A stretch of DNA of 64,000 nt from an uncultured bacterium (GTDB taxonomy: Bacteria; Chloroflexota; UBA5177; JANWHV01). Made by a program: the position numbers and the translations under genes. Each line of letters begins with the position of its first letter. Position 1 is the stretch's first letter. The notes beneath the pieces were generated by a model. That model was not told where the DNA came from. It saw nothing but the letters and a program-made list of their open reading frames with translations, and did not search any database. The stretch is from positions 640,001 to 704,000 of the forward strand of contig CAWHAE010000016.1 of the NCBI GenBank assembly GCA_963827235.1, read 5' to 3'. Shown piece by piece: positions 32,607 through 43,057 of the stretch.

Positions 32607-34067
32607 ATGATGCGACACATCGTCATCGATCCGATCACCCGCCTCGAAGGTCACGGCCGGATAGACGTCATGCTGAATGAGCAGGGCGAGGTCGATCGGG
32701 CCTACCTCCGCATCCCAGAGCTACGCGGTTTCGAGAAGTTCGCCCAGGGCCGTCCGGCCGAGGACATGCCGCAGATTACCTCGCGTATCTGCGGGGTGTG
32801 CCCGATGGCCCACCATATGGCAGCCACGAAGGCGCTCGACGATCTCTACCACGTCCAGCCGACCCCAGCCGGGCGAACCATCCGCGAGCTTGCCTACAAT
32901 TCGTTCGTGTTCGAGGACCACGCCCTGCACTTCTATCTGCTAGGCGGGCCCGACTTCATCGTCGGTCCCGATGCTCCCAAGGCCGAGCGCAACATCCTGG
33001 GCGTCATCTCCAAGGTCGGCGTCGAGGTGGGCAAGCAGGTGATTGCCATGCGCCGCGAGGCCCGCGACCTCATCTCGCTCCTCAGCGGCAAGGTGATCCA
33101 CCCTGTGTTCGGACTTCCCGGCGGCGTCTCCCGCGCTGTTAAGCCCGAGGAGCAACAGCAGGCGATCGATGTTGCCAGGAAAGCCGTCGATTTCGGCGAG
33201 TTCACGCTCGGCATCTTCAACGACGTCGTGCTCAAGAACAAGCAGTACGTGGACATCATCAAGTCGGCTGGCTATACTCACCAAACCTACTACATGGGCC
33301 TGGTCGACGAGAACAACCACGTGAACTTCTACGACGGCATGCTCCGTGTCGTCACGCCGGATGGAAAGGAGTTCCTCAAGTTTCATCCGCGCGATTACCT
33401 CGCGCACATCGCAGAGCACGTGGAGCCATGGAGCTATGTCAAGTTCTGCTACCTGAAGGACATCGGCTGGCACGGCTTCGAAGAGGGAGCCGCCAGCGGC
33501 GTCTACGCGGTGGCACCGTTGGCACGTCTGAATGCCTCCGACGGCATGGCAACGCCTAAGGCGCAGGCCGCCTATGAGCAGTTCTTCGATGTACTGGGCG
33601 GCAAGCCCGTCCACCACACTCTGGCCAACCACTGGGCCCGCGTCATCGAGCTACTCAGTGCCGCGGAAATGATGCTCGAGCTGGCCCGGTCTCCCCTGCT
33701 GATCGACCCGAACATCCGCAACATTCCCACGGAGAAGCCGACCGAAGGCATCGGCGTCGTCGAAGCGCCGCGAGGCACGCTCTTCCATCACTTCACGACC
33801 GATGAGCGAGGCATCGTTAAGACCGCCAACCTTATCGTCGCCACGCAAAACAACGCCGCCCGCATCTCGATGTCCGTGGACCGCGCGGCCAAGGCCCTCA
33901 TCCACAAGGGCCAGGCAGATGACGGCCTGCTGAACATGGTCGAGATGGCATTTCGCGCCTACGATCCCTGCAACGGCTGCGCCACGCACTCGCTGCCGGG
34001 CCAGATGCCTATCCAGATTGCCATCTACGACCACCGGCACCGGATGGTCGGAGAGGTGGCTCGCTGA
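32607..34067 (+). CDS. mvhA: group 3c [NiFe]-hydrogenase large subunit
   Basis: 'IDPITRLEGHG','RGFEKF','SRICGVCPMAH','EAPRG','AYDPCNGCATH' plus cleavable tail; hdrCBA-mvhDG context. Confidence 0.94.
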   Translation: MMRHIVIDPITRLEGHGRIDVMLNEQGEVDRAYLRIPELRGFEKFAQGRPAEDMPQITSRICGVCPMAHHMAATKALDDLYHVQPTPAGRTIRELAYNSFVFEDHALHFYLLGGPDFIVGPDAPKAERNILGVISKVGVEVGKQVIAMRREARDLISLLSGKVIHPVFGLPGGVSRAVKPEEQQQAIDVARKAVDFGEFTLGIFNDVVLKNKQYVDIIKSAGYTHQTYYMGLVDENNHVNFYDGMLRVVTPDGKEFLKFHPRDYLAHIAEHVEPWSYVKFCYLKDIGWHGFEEGAASGVYAVAPLARLNASDGMATPKAQAAYEQFFDVLGGKPVHHTLANHWARVIELLSAAEMMLELARSPLLIDPNIRNIPTEKPTEGIGVVEAPRGTLFHHFTTDERGIVKTANLIVATQNNAARISMSVDRAAKALIHKGQADDGLLNMVEMAFRAYDPCNGCATHSLPGQMPIQIAIYDHRHRMVGEVAR

Positions 34068-34072
34068 GCGCC

Positions 34073-34107
34073 GTAAGGCCAGGAGCTTGGTGCGCTCCTG
34101 GCCTTAC
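34073..34107 (+). terminator. 14-bp perfect inverted repeat after mvhA (attenuator or mRNA-stabilising hairpin)
   Basis: GTAAGGCCAGGAGC-ttggtgc-GCTCCTGGCCTTAC; no U-tract. Confidence 0.6.
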
Positions 34108-34134
34108 CCTGCCGGACAAGAGGACTAGCTCGAC

Positions 34135-34614
34135 GTGATGCCATCCCACGCCGCTGAGAAAACCCTGGTGCTCGGTCTGGGGAACGAGCTGATGGCAGAC
34201 GACGCGGTGGGCATCGTCGTGGCGCGCAGGCTGCGCGGCTTGCTGGATGGGCGGGCAGACGTCCGCGAATCGTCGCTGCACGGCCTGGCGCTGCTCGAGT
34301 CCTTCCTTGGCTACGGACAAGCGCTGATCGTCGACGCCATGCAGACCGGCCGGTATCCGCCGGGCACGATCGTCGAGCTACGGCCCGAGGACCTCCGTCC
34401 GATCGACGTGCCGTCACCGCATTTCGCCGGCTTGCCAGAGCTGATTGAGCTTGCTCGTGCCCTGGAGCTGCCGTTCCCGGCTCGCATACGCATCCTGGCC
34501 GTGGAGGTGCGGGACACGGTCTCGGTCGGCGGAGCGATGACCCCAGAGGTCGGCGAGGCAATTGCCGAGCTCTGCGATCGCGCGCGCGGCATCGTGGTCG
34601 AGCTTGGCGCTTAA
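34135..34614 (+). CDS. hydrogenase maturation protease (for MvhA)
   Basis: 'LVLGLGNELMADDAVG','IVDA','SPH'. Confidence 0.9.
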   Translation: MMPSHAAEKTLVLGLGNELMADDAVGIVVARRLRGLLDGRADVRESSLHGLALLESFLGYGQALIVDAMQTGRYPPGTIVELRPEDLRPIDVPSPHFAGLPELIELARALELPFPARIRILAVEVRDTVSVGGAMTPEVGEAIAELCDRARGIVVELGA

Positions 34615-34667
34615 CTCAGGTGGAATGTCGACCGTCGAAGTCGCCCTCCCGGCGACCTGAGTAGCAC

Positions 34668-34694
34668 GGCTGCCGCGCCCGCTCGGCGGCAGCC
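34668..34694. terminator. hairpin between convergent protease genes
   Basis: GGCTGCCGC-N9-GCGGCAGCC. Confidence 0.4.
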
Positions 34695-34718
34695 CGTCCG
34701 ATTGCCTGGTCCGGTGGG

Positions 34719-35186
34719 CTACGTCAATTCCCGCCGTAGCTCGTCCAGCACTGCCGTCACCAGTGGCGGCAGGGATGCTCGTACGGGCGGCGACAGGCCC
34801 TCGCCGAGCGAGAAATCGCCGCCTTCGACGCCGTGTATGACCAACCGGCCGGGCAGGCTGCTAAGTAGCCGCGAGAGCTCCACGGCCTCCCCTAACCCGA
34901 ATGCGTGACTGCCGCGGTAATGGCAGGCGGTAATCGGCGTCACCGAGGCGTCGAGCCGCACAAGCGTTCCCGGCGCAACGCCACTCCGCACGGCGTCGAC
35001 GACCAACACCACGCCGGCGCCGCACCAGGCGTCCATCAGCGCGGCACCTTCTCCGTCCAGCTCCAGCACGGTACAGCGATCACCGGCCTGCTGCCGTACC
35101 AGTCGTGCGGCCAGCAGGCCCAGGGCGTCGTCGCCACGATAGATATTGCCTATGCCGATTACCAGCGGCGCTCCGGCCCCACTCAC
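34719..35186 (-). CDS. hydrogenase maturation protease (for group 3b large subunit)
   Basis: '[16 protein letters not shown]','VVDAV','SHAFG'; GTGA overlap with large-subunit stop. Confidence 0.9.
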   Translation of the reverse strand: MSGAGAPLVIGIGNIYRGDDALGLLAARLVRQQAGDRCTVLELDGEGAALMDAWCGAGVVLVVDAVRSGVAPGTLVRLDASVTPITACHYRGSHAFGLGEAVELSRLLSSLPGRLVIHGVEGGDFSLGEGLSPPVRASLPPLVTAVLDELRRELT

Positions 35187-36473
35187 TCGCGCCGGATCTC
35201 GACACGCAGGAAGTGCGTCGAGCAGGAAATGCAGGGATCGTAGTTGCGCACCGCCTGCTCGCACTGCCAGACGAGCTGATCCTCAGGCATATTCAGGCGC
35301 GAAGCCAGGAAGAGGCCCACGTCCTCCTCGATCGTCTTCTGATTCTGCGCCGTGGGCGGCACGATCGTGGCGTCGAGAATCGTGCCATCCGCGTCGATCG
35401 CATAGCGATGATAGAGGGTGCCCCGCGGCGCCTCCGTGCACGAGCAGCCGGTGCCGGCACGCGGCTCGACCTTGATCGCCGGCTGCTCCGGCTCGTCGTA
35501 GGCATCGATCAGCCTGATAGCCTCCTCGCAGGCGTACACCACCTCCACGGCGCGCACGATGATGCTACGGAAGGGATTGTTGCATGTTGGCCCAAGCCCT
35601 GCACCTGTCGCCGCTTCCTTCGCCAGCGGCGACAGGCGCTCGAAATTCAGGCTGTAGCGAGCCAGCGGCCCGACGTGATAGGCCCCGCGCTCACGCAGGT
35701 GCGAGTGCTTGGCCGTCGAGTGGCGGACGTGCTCCTCGATGAAGTACATCTCGTAGTCCTGCACGTCGATATCGAGGCCCTGGCTGGAGATCAGGCGGCC
35801 TTCTGTGATCGCGTACTCGTCGGGGTGGCTAAGGCTGACGAACTCGTAGTCGCGCTCGAGGTCGGGGAAGGTCAACCCCGCCGTCATCTTTACCGTGTCG
35901 AGCGCGGCCTCGAGCGCCCACTTCAGGTGCTCGCGCAGCGGCTCCAGCTCCTTCCGTCTCGGCACCCTGTAGAAGCCGCCGACGCGCACGTTGATCGGGT
36001 GGATCTCTCGCCCACCGACGATGTTGACGATCTCGTTGCCGATCTTCTTGAGCTGCAGACCGCGCTTGACCACGTCTCCGTGGTCCTTGGCCATGGAGAG
36101 CGCGTCCTGGTAGCCCAGAAAGTCGGGGGCGTGCAGGAGATAGATGTGCAGGACGTGGCTCTCGATCCACTCGCCGCAGTAGAGCAACCGTCTCAGCGCA
36201 GCGGAGCGGCTCCGGCACCCTGACGCCGCACGCCGCCTCCATAGCCTGCACCGCGCACATCTGGTAGGCGACCGGGCATATGCCGCAGATGCGCGCCGTG
36301 ATGTCGGGTGCCTCGGTGAAGGCGCGACCGCGCAGCATCGCTTCGAAGAAGCGAGGCGGCTCATAGAAACGAAGCTTCACGTCCTGCAGCACATTGCCCT
36401 TGATCTGGATGGTGAGAGCACCTTCGCCCTCGACCCGCGCTAGCTGGTCGACCTGTATCGTTCTAGTGCTCAT
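35183..36473 (-). pseudogene. hyhL: group 3b [NiFe]-hydrogenase (sulfhydrogenase-type) large subunit, +1 frameshift at ~36200
   Basis: N-part '[26 protein letters not shown]'; C-part '[33 protein letters not shown]'; deleting one base at 36200 restores PLR-ALRRLLY. Confidence 0.9.
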
Positions 36474-37242
36474 GCGCCCTGCTCTCTTCCTTGAACGGCG
36501 CCGCATTGGCATTGAAGGTGCGGAATACACGCATGATGCCGCTCTCTGCAACCCCCAGATTGCTCCAGCACTGCGCCAGCGACCCCGTGTTGGCCGTTTC
36601 CTGTGGCCCAAAACAGCCGAAGCAGCCACGGTTATAGGTCGGGCAGAGGCCGCCGCACCCCGCTTGGGTGACAGGCCCAAGACATGGCGTGCCCTGCGAC
36701 ACCAGCACGCAGGGAGTGCCCTTCAGCTTGCATTCCACGCAGACGCTGTAGGCTGGAATGATCGGCCGGCGCCCATTCAAAAACGCGTTGATCACCTCGA
36801 CGAGCTGCAGCTTGTTGATCGGGCAGCCGCGCAGCTCGAAGTCGACCGGCACGTGGTCGGCGATCGCCGTCGACGTGCTCAAGGTGTCGATGTATTGCGG
36901 GCTGGCGTACACGGTGGAGATGAAGCCCTGCACGTCTTTGAAGTTGCGCAGCGCCTGGATGCCGCCGGAATTGGCGCAGGCGCCGATAGCCACCAGGAAG
37001 CGCGAGCTCCGGCGCACCTCCTTCACCCGCACGACGTCGTGCGGCGTGGTCACCGAGCCTTCGACCAGCGACAGGTCGTAGGGGCCGCGTGCCACGGCGC
37101 GAGAGGCCTCGGGAAAGTTGGCGATGTGCACCTGGCCGGCCACCGCCAGCAAAGCGTCCTCGCAATCGAGGAGACTGAGCTGGCACCCGTCGCACGAGGC
37201 GAACTTCCACACCGCGACTTTAGGCAGGCGTTGTTGTGCCAT
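36463..37242 (-). CDS. hyhS: group 3b [NiFe]-hydrogenase small subunit
   Basis: '[12 protein letters not shown]','[10 protein letters not shown]','GCP','CVEC..C..CLGPVT.AGC..CP..RGCFGC'. Confidence 0.92.
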   Translation of the reverse strand: MAQQRLPKVAVWKFASCDGCQLSLLDCEDALLAVAGQVHIANFPEASRAVARGPYDLSLVEGSVTTPHDVVRVKEVRRSSRFLVAIGACANSGGIQALRNFKDVQGFISTVYASPQYIDTLSTSTAIADHVPVDFELRGCPINKLQLVEVINAFLNGRRPIIPAYSVCVECKLKGTPCVLVSQGTPCLGPVTQAGCGGLCPTYNRGCFGCFGPQETANTGSLAQCWSNLGVAESGIMRVFRTFNANAAPFKEESRAHEH

Positions 37243-37243
37243 C

Positions 37244-38113
37244 TCAAATCTCCCGCTTCGCCAGCAGATGGGCCACCTGGTCGAGACGGTAGATCGGCCC
37301 GTTCTTGCAGACAAACGTCGGCCCGAACTGGCAATGACCGCACAGCCCGATGCCGCATTGCATGTTCAACTCGATCGAGAGGTAGATCCGCTCATCGCGC
37401 ACTCCGAGCTCCTGCAGGTCCCGGGCGCTGTAGCGCATCATGATGTCCGGTCCGCAAATCATGGCGATAGTGGAAGCCGGGTCGAAGTGCGCTCTGGGGA
37501 TGAGCGTCGTTACCACGCCAACGCCGCCGCGCCACACCGGCCACGCCGTGGTGGCGTTGTCCACGGTAACGGCGACGTCGAGGTCGAGCCGTCCTCGCCA
37601 GCGTTCCAGCTCCTGGCGGAACAGCAGATCGGCCGGCGTGCGGCTTCCGTAGAGCAGCGTGATTCGCCGGTAGCGATCGCGGTGAGCCAGCATGTAGTAG
37701 AGGGCGGGGCGCAATGGGGCCAGCCCAATGCCGCCGGCCATGAGCACGACGTCGTGATCAACGGCCTCCTCCATCGGCCAGGCACTGCCGAATGGGCCGC
37801 GCACGCCGATCATCTCGTCGCGCTTCACGTCGGTGAGCGCTTTCGACACTGGGCCGACGGCACGAATCGTCTGCACCAAGGGATCGGAGCGCGTGGGGTC
37901 GCCGGAAACGGAGATCGGCACCTCGCCGACGCCAAACGCGTAAAGCATCGTGAATTGGCCGGGCCGGTAGACGAGCCCCTGGCCATCGAGCGCGTGCAGG
38001 TCCAGTGTAAAAGTATCCGCGGTGTCCTTGTGCACCCGTGCCACCACGTAGGGCCGCGGCAGCATAGGCTCCTGCGCCTCGGCAGGTCGAGCTTCCAGCA
38101 TAGTGGTACTCAC
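37244..38113 (-). CDS. hyhG: group 3b hydrogenase FAD/NAD(P)-binding subunit (gamma)
   Basis: 'PGQF..GEVPIS','RGPFG','[10 protein letters not shown]','CGP','[12 protein letters not shown]'. Confidence 0.92.
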   Translation of the reverse strand: MSTTMLEARPAEAQEPMLPRPYVVARVHKDTADTFTLDLHALDGQGLVYRPGQFTMLYAFGVGEVPISVSGDPTRSDPLVQTIRAVGPVSKALTDVKRDEMIGVRGPFGSAWPMEEAVDHDVVLMAGGIGLAPLRPALYYMLAHRDRYRRITLLYGSRTPADLLFRQELERWRGRLDLDVAVTVDNATTAWPVWRGGVGVVTTLIPRAHFDPASTIAMICGPDIMMRYSARDLQELGVRDERIYLSIELNMQCGIGLCGHCQFGPTFVCKNGPIYRLDQVAHLLAKREI

Positions 38114-38119
38114 AGAACG

Positions 38120-39313
38120 TCATCCCCCAGTCTGCAGGACGGCTTCTTCGAGCTCAGCGATCCGGCTCGCCGCGGACACGTCTTGCCGCATCGCGCGCAC
38201 CTCTTCGGTGATGTCGATGCTTACCGGACACCAGGTGATGCAGCGGCCGCAGCCAACGCAGCCCGGTACGCCAAACTGATCGATCCACGTAGCAAACTTA
38301 TGCGTCAACCATTGACGATAGCGCGCCTTGACCGATCGACGCACGCTGCCGCCATGGATGTACGAGTAGTAGATGCTGAAGCACGACGCCCAGACGCGAT
38401 GCCGTTCTGCCTGCCCGCCCTTGAGGTCAGTGCTATCCTCGACTGACATGCAGAAGCAGGTAGGGCACACCATGGTGCAGTTGGCGCAGCTCAGGCAGCG
38501 CTCTGCCACGATGTCCCAATGCGCGTGATCGTGGTTGGCGTACAGGAACTCCTGCAGGCCGTCGAGGTCCACCGATCGCCCCATCGACTGCGCGGCATGC
38601 GCGATGGCGGCCGCGGCGGACCGTCGCTCCACCTCGTTAGCAGCGCGGTGCGGCAACTCACGCAACACCTCGCGCCCCATGGGGGTCCCGGTCTCGACCA
38701 CGAAGTAGTGACGCTCCCCCTCCAGCACCTCCGTGAGTGCCAGGTCAAAACCCGTGGTCGCCCGCGGTCCCGTATGCATGGAGGCGCAGAAGCACGTCCC
38801 GCCCGCCTGCCCGCAGTTCACTGCCACGATGAAGGCGCCACCACGGCGCTCGCCGTAGATAGGATCCTTATACTGCCCCTCCAGAAAGACCTTGTCGTGA
38901 ATAGCCACGGCCTGCAGCTCGCAGGCGCGCACGCCGATGAACGCCATCTTCTCCGCTGGAGGATCGTCCTGGTGGAAGGTAAGCACGCCGTTATCGCGCC
39001 GCGCGCGCATGAGACTGACTCGCGGCGGCCAGAGCAGCTTCTTCCAGGAGTGAGGTCCAACGGTGTAGCCGAAGAGCGCGCCGTCTCCACGGCGCGCCAG
39101 CCGATACGTGCCTGCATCCTGCTCGTCGGTCCAGCCCACGGGCAGGTCGTCCAGCGTGGTAAGGTCACCGTAGACGATGGTGCCGTCGCGAATAGTCGGC
39201 CCAACCAGGGCATATCCGCGCGCTACCAACGCCTGGAAAAGCGCCGCCAGGTCGCCGCGCTCCACAACGGCCGGCTCGCTTCCATCCGGTGCGTTTGACA
39301 AGACAGACGACAT
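38120..39313 (-). CDS. hyhB: group 3b hydrogenase 4Fe-4S subunit (beta)
   Basis: 'GVRACEL','NC..GGTCFC.SM','[16 protein letters not shown]','[12 protein letters not shown]'. Confidence 0.92.
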   Translation of the reverse strand: MSSVLSNAPDGSEPAVVERGDLAALFQALVARGYALVGPTIRDGTIVYGDLTTLDDLPVGWTDEQDAGTYRLARRGDGALFGYTVGPHSWKKLLWPPRVSLMRARRDNGVLTFHQDDPPAEKMAFIGVRACELQAVAIHDKVFLEGQYKDPIYGERRGGAFIVAVNCGQAGGTCFCASMHTGPRATTGFDLALTEVLEGERHYFVVETGTPMGREVLRELPHRAANEVERRSAAAAIAHAAQSMGRSVDLDGLQEFLYANHDHAHWDIVAERCLSCANCTMVCPTCFCMSVEDSTDLKGGQAERHRVWASCFSIYYSYIHGGSVRRSVKARYRQWLTHKFATWIDQFGVPGCVGCGRCITWCPVSIDITEEVRAMRQDVSAASRIAELEEAVLQTGG

Positions 39314-39388
39314 TCTGCCGCCTCCTCACTGTATCGAGCGCCGTACTCATGACTGTGGCGATCGTATCACTCCAGAGGCGCGTAACTA

Positions 39389-39425
39389 GAGCCTAATGGC
39401 CCTGCCGTTCTGGTACTGGTTGCCC
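39389..39425. promoter_or_regulatory. tandem putative DosR-type boxes upstream of hyhB
   Basis: GAGCC-taat-GGCCC (39389) and GGTAC-tggt-TGCCC (39412). Confidence 0.4.
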
Positions 39426-39566
39426 CTAGCACGGTGCCGAACAGAACGCCGGCACCTGTCGCACAGGATCAGCAGCCTGCGGCCATCTGCCCCGGTAGCG
39501 AAAAACGTACGCGGCTCGCAGCTTACCCAAGCTGGTTGAGTGGCCCGGCGCACTCGCGGACCCTGG

Positions 39567-40052
39567 TCAACGGTCCGGCAGCCGGTTCAGTATCCAGTCG
39601 ACTACCTGAGGAACCGCCCCGGCGACGGATGGCGAGAGCGACTCGCCGATCGCGAGAGACTCGGCTCCTACCGTGCACAACCAGGCCCGAGGCTGATGCC
39701 CGAACAGCAAACGTGCCGACCCCAGCAGCATCTCAGGCGTACAGTGGTGGACAAAGACCGGCATACTGTCAACGCGACCTGAGGCAGCAAGCCTGTCGTA
39801 CTTGACGGTGCCCGGAGCGAGCTCCGCACTGGCGTCTACGAAGATCACTCCGTCGGCGCGGCTGATCGGCTCGGAGAGCTCTGGGGTAAGCTGGTTCGCC
39901 GAGATGACCTCCACGGCTCGGGTGCCGGCGCGTTCGAGCACTTGCTCGACGATATCGCGGCCGATCCGGTCGTCGGAACGCAGCAGACTGCCGTAGCCAA
40001 TCACCAGCCACATGCGGGACCCCCGCGGCAGCGGCGGTCCTGCGCGGCCCAT
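39567..40052 (-). CDS. hoxW: hydrogenase maturation protease, HoxW-like (start may be 40013)
   Basis: 'LVIGYGSLLRSDDRIG','QLTPEL','IFVDA','HHCTP'; follows hoxH. Confidence 0.85.
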   Translation of the reverse strand: MGRAGPPLPRGSRMWLVIGYGSLLRSDDRIGRDIVEQVLERAGTRAVEVISANQLTPELSEPISRADGVIFVDASAELAPGTVKYDRLAASGRVDSMPVFVHHCTPEMLLGSARLLFGHQPRAWLCTVGAESLAIGESLSPSVAGAVPQVVDWILNRLPDR

Positions 40053-40321
40053 GAGCGACTTGGCAGGTCAATTGGTCGCCGCCGAGGCGGGCCGAACGGC
40101 ACTCGTCCTCGAGTACCAGGCCGGACGCTTGCCCACTGACCCGGCACACACGCCGGCTTGGCCGGCGAGCGCGTGCCACGAATGATCACCTGCCGCCTCC
40201 TTCCTGTTCCGCCGCAGCCCACACCAATAGTAGATCAAGCCCGGTGTGCTCTTCGTGCATGCCGACGACTCATCCGGCCGTGGCCGGAGAGCTTCGATGG
40301 TACCTGCCGGATCAGACAAGC

Positions 40322-40367
40322 GTCGGGGCAGAGCCGGCGGGCACGTACCCGCCGGCTCTGCCCCGAC
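40322..40367 (-). terminator. 20-bp perfect inverted repeat after hoxH
   Basis: GTCGGGGCAGAGCCGGCGGG-cacgta-CCCGCCGGCTCTGCCCCGAC, about 38 bp past the hoxH stop. Confidence 0.65.
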
Positions 40368-40404
40368 TGTCACGCCGGCGTCGTACCGGCGCTCATGGAA
40401 TCCG

Positions 40405-41820
40405 CTATTCCCGGGTGAGCTCCTCTACGACCGCGCCGTCCGGCGCGACCAGCTGCACCTGCATCGGCATATGCCCGACTGCGTGCGTCGAGCAGCTCAG
40501 GCAGGGATCGTACGTGCGGATCACCGCCTCGATGCGATTGAGCATCCCTTCGGTGGCGTGGCCGCCCTTGATGTAGTGCTGAGCAGCCTGCTTGACTCCG
40601 GCGTTCATCGCCAGGTTGTTGTGGCCGGTAGCAATAATCAGATCGACGTAGGTGATCAGGCCGTTCTCGTCGATCTTGTAGTGGTGCATGAGCGTGCCTC
40701 GCGGCGCCTCAGACACGCCGATGCCCTCGTAGGAGTTCGGCGAGGCGTGCGCGCGAACGTGCTTGCTGAGTATCTCCGGGTCTTCGAGCAGCTGCTGAAT
40801 CTTCTCGAACGCGTAGAGGATCTCGATCAGCCGCGCATAGTGGTAGTTGAACGACGCACGGTGATCGAGCTGCTTGAATGTAGCCAACCACTTGTCGGCA
40901 CGAGGCGTGCCGCACCGTGTGGCCATGTGCAACCGGGCCAGAGGCCCAACGCGGTACATGCCGTCGGGAAAGCCGAGCGGCTTGTAGTACGGAGACTTCA
41001 GGTAGCTGTGCGGTGTATCAGTCTCGCCGATAATGGTTCTGAAGTCATGCGGGTCGAGCCTCTCCACTACCGGCACATTGCGATCGTCGACCACGCGGAG
41101 CCAGCCGTCGTATGTCTCCAGCTCGCCCTCGTCGCCAACCAAGCCCAGGTACAGCCCGGGGAAGTGGGCAAAGACGGAGATCTCCTCGCGGAAGCGCTCG
41201 AGCTCCGGCGTGAACCACTTCAGCGTGGCCTCGGCCCTGGTAATCGCCTCCGGCATCATGGCCAGGATGGTGTCCCGGTCGTCGACGGAAAGCGGCTTGT
41301 TCACACCGCCTGGAACACACCATCCTGGGTGGATACGCTTGCCGCCCAGAATCTCGATGATTGTCTGCCCTATCTGGCGCAGCCGAATGCCGTCCTTCGC
41401 CAGGTCCGGGTGCTTCTGGGCGACGCCCACGATGTTGCGTAACGCCGGATCGGCGTCCATGCCCAGCAACAGATCGGGGGACGACAGGTAGAAGAAGCTG
41501 AGGGCGTGAGACTGCGCGATCTGCGCCAGATTCATGACCCTGCGAAGATTCGCTGCCGTGGGAGGAATGCGAACCGAAAGCAGGTTGTCGCAGGCCTTGG
41601 CCGATGCCATCAGATGGCTCACCGGACAGATGCCGCAGATTCGCGCCATGAGCGACGGCATCTCGTGGAAAGGCCGCCCCTCCGCGAATCTCTCGAATCC
41701 ACGAAGCTGCGTGACGTGAAACAACGCGTCCTGTACCTCGCCCGCATCGTCGAGCTGGATGGTTATCCGTGAATGACCCTCGATACGGGTTACGGGGTCT
41801 ATGACGATTTCTTTGCTCAT
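40405..41820 (-). CDS. hoxH: group 3d bidirectional [NiFe]-hydrogenase large subunit
   Basis: '[10 protein letters not shown]','[11 protein letters not shown]','[13 protein letters not shown]','EAPRG','[13 protein letters not shown]'. Confidence 0.96.
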   Translation of the reverse strand: MSKEIVIDPVTRIEGHSRITIQLDDAGEVQDALFHVTQLRGFERFAEGRPFHEMPSLMARICGICPVSHLMASAKACDNLLSVRIPPTAANLRRVMNLAQIAQSHALSFFYLSSPDLLLGMDADPALRNIVGVAQKHPDLAKDGIRLRQIGQTIIEILGGKRIHPGWCVPGGVNKPLSVDDRDTILAMMPEAITRAEATLKWFTPELERFREEISVFAHFPGLYLGLVGDEGELETYDGWLRVVDDRNVPVVERLDPHDFRTIIGETDTPHSYLKSPYYKPLGFPDGMYRVGPLARLHMATRCGTPRADKWLATFKQLDHRASFNYHYARLIEILYAFEKIQQLLEDPEILSKHVRAHASPNSYEGIGVSEAPRGTLMHHYKIDENGLITYVDLIIATGHNNLAMNAGVKQAAQHYIKGGHATEGMLNRIEAVIRTYDPCLSCSTHAVGHMPMQVQLVAPDGAVVEELTRE

Positions 41821-41831
41821 CGGTCTCCCCC

Positions 41832-42347
41832 TCAGGCGCCGAACACGGTAAGCGCGTTCACGTCTGGCTGTCGTCCCGCCAACAGGTCCTGCAGGACCGC
41901 GAAGATGGTGTCGGCAGAAGGCGGGCAACCCGGCACGAACACGTCGACCTTAACGGCGGTGTGGACAGGCTGGGCGAGAGGCAGGAGCACGGGCACGTGG
42001 CTGGGCTGGAAGCCCTTGCTCACGCGCTCCATGATATTCTTCACGCCAACCGGATTGCGCATGGACGGCACATTGGCCGTCACCGCGCAGTCGCCGAGCG
42101 AGACCAGCACCTTGGTGCGTTCGCGGATCATGCGGATCTTGTGCAGATCCTCCTCACTGCTGATCGCACCCTCGACGAGCGTGATGTCCACGTCGTTCGG
42201 GAACACCTTGAGATCGACCAGCGGGCTGTACACGATGTCCACCTCGGCCACGACGTCGAGCAGCCGCTCGTCCATGTCCAGGAACGACATGTGGCACCCC
42301 GAGCAGCCGTCGAGCCAGACCGTGGCAAACTTCTTCCGGTCGCTCAT
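41832..42347 (-). CDS. hoxY: bidirectional hydrogenase small subunit
   Basis: '[11 protein letters not shown]','[10 protein letters not shown]','PGCPP'; short single-cluster type. Confidence 0.95.
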   Translation of the reverse strand: MSDRKKFATVWLDGCSGCHMSFLDMDERLLDVVAEVDIVYSPLVDLKVFPNDVDITLVEGAISSEEDLHKIRMIRERTKVLVSLGDCAVTANVPSMRNPVGVKNIMERVSKGFQPSHVPVLLPLAQPVHTAVKVDVFVPGCPPSADTIFAVLQDLLAGRQPDVNALTVFGA

Positions 42348-43051
42348 TCTCTCACTCCTCGCATTTCGGCCAGGTATACGAGGAAGTCAGCCTGTTTGAC
42401 CATCTCGCCCGCGGCCTTGCCCTTGTGGAACAGCGCGCCCGTTGGGCACGCCTGCACGCACTTGCCGCAGCTTGTGCAGCTCGGTGATTCGCCCCATGGC
42501 TGGCCGAGGTCGGCCATCACCATGGACTCGATTCCGCGGCCCATGATCTCCCATGTCCTGGCGCCTTCGACTTCCTCGCAGGTCCGCACGCAGCGCATGC
42601 AGAGAATGCAGCGGTTGGCATCGAAGCTGAACATCTCGTGTGAGGCGTCGACCGGGCGCCTGGGATAGCGGTACGGCAACGTGATATGCTCGATGCCAAG
42701 GCGATAGGCCATCGACTGCAGGCTGCAGTGTCCATTGGACACACAGACGGAGCAGATGTGGTTGCCTTCTGTGAAGAGCATCTCCACGATAATGCGGCGG
42801 TACCTGGAAAGGCGTTCGGACTCGGTAACAACCACCATGCCTTCGTGGACCAGCGTGACGCAGGCCGGCAGGAGCTTGTTCGAACCCTGAACTTCGCACA
42901 CGCAGAGCCGGCAGGCGCCGACATTGGTGATGCCGTTCTTGTGGCAGAGCGTCGGTATGTACATGTGGTGAGCGCGCGCGACCTGGAGAATGGTCTCGTC
43001 GTCGCGACCGCTCACTTCCTGGTCGTTGATGGTTAGCGTAACGACGCGCAT
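42344..43051 (-). CDS. hoxU: bidirectional hydrogenase diaphorase Fe-S subunit
   Basis: 'IPTLC..GACRLC..PAC','EGNHICSVC...C','CILCMRCVRTC','CTSCGKCVQACP'. Confidence 0.95.
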   Translation of the reverse strand: MRVVTLTINDQEVSGRDDETILQVARAHHMYIPTLCHKNGITNVGACRLCVCEVQGSNKLLPACVTLVHEGMVVVTESERLSRYRRIIVEMLFTEGNHICSVCVSNGHCSLQSMAYRLGIEHITLPYRYPRRPVDASHEMFSFDANRCILCMRCVRTCEEVEGARTWEIMGRGIESMVMADLGQPWGESPSCTSCGKCVQACPTGALFHKGKAAGEMVKQADFLVYLAEMRGVRE

Positions 43052-43057
43052 CAGGGC

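Noticed and set aside
27616-34067. Archaeal methanogen origin of the window
   Set aside because: Surrounding genes (pgi, NarL/OmpR systems, Hox, NifJ, FprA) are bacterial and no methanogenesis genes are present
34065-34107. mvhA TGA followed by a hairpin as a possible selenocysteine/SECIS signal
   Set aside because: Both CxxC motifs use Cys; readthrough would add only three residues to a tail that is cleaved off
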